From contig NC_081358.1 of assembly GCF_030684315.1 (NCBI RefSeq), positions 121,433,031 to 121,497,030 on the forward strand: a stretch of 64,000 nucleotides of DNA. Direction: 5' to 3'. Source of the DNA: Stegostoma tigrinum (Eukaryota). The notes below the pieces were generated by a model. That model was not told the origin of the DNA, searched no databases, and saw nothing but the letters and a program-made list of their open reading frames with translations. Shown piece after piece: positions 63,991 through 64,000 of this stretch. How positions within the stretch are numbered: the stretch's first letter is position 1; the number at the start of each line of letters is the position of its first letter. The position numbers and the translations under genes are program-made.

Positions 63991-64000
63991 CGTTAATTTA

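Overview
AT-rich, repeat-dense eukaryotic DNA, most likely from a cartilaginous fish (shark). The repeat complement (CR1 LINEs, HE1/V-SINE-like and Deu/SacSINE1-like SINEs, Penelope-like elements) supports this inference. The only host coding sequence I recognise is one 180-nt minus-strand exon (47860-48039) matching VPS13B (KEKLIPLIQGPSD...KWLNESRKPESLFAPDL...HNSG), so the window is essentially large vps13b introns. These hold dozens of CR1/L2/Rex1 fragments, SINEs, a decayed Gypsy LTR element with nested insertions, and about 20 Penelope-like element (PLE) 3' ends carrying minimal hammerhead ribozyme (HHR) motifs of about four sequence families. The most notable pattern is a set of small fold-back (palindromic) PLE/HHR units, several flanked by 13-15 bp target-site duplications. 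Their inversion points cluster at the ribozyme, and in two cases fall at the predicted self-cleavage site. All family-1 HHRs with an intact core lie in the vps13b sense orientation. Assignments were made by eye and from recalled family features; no searches or folding calculations were run, and repeat boundaries are approximate.
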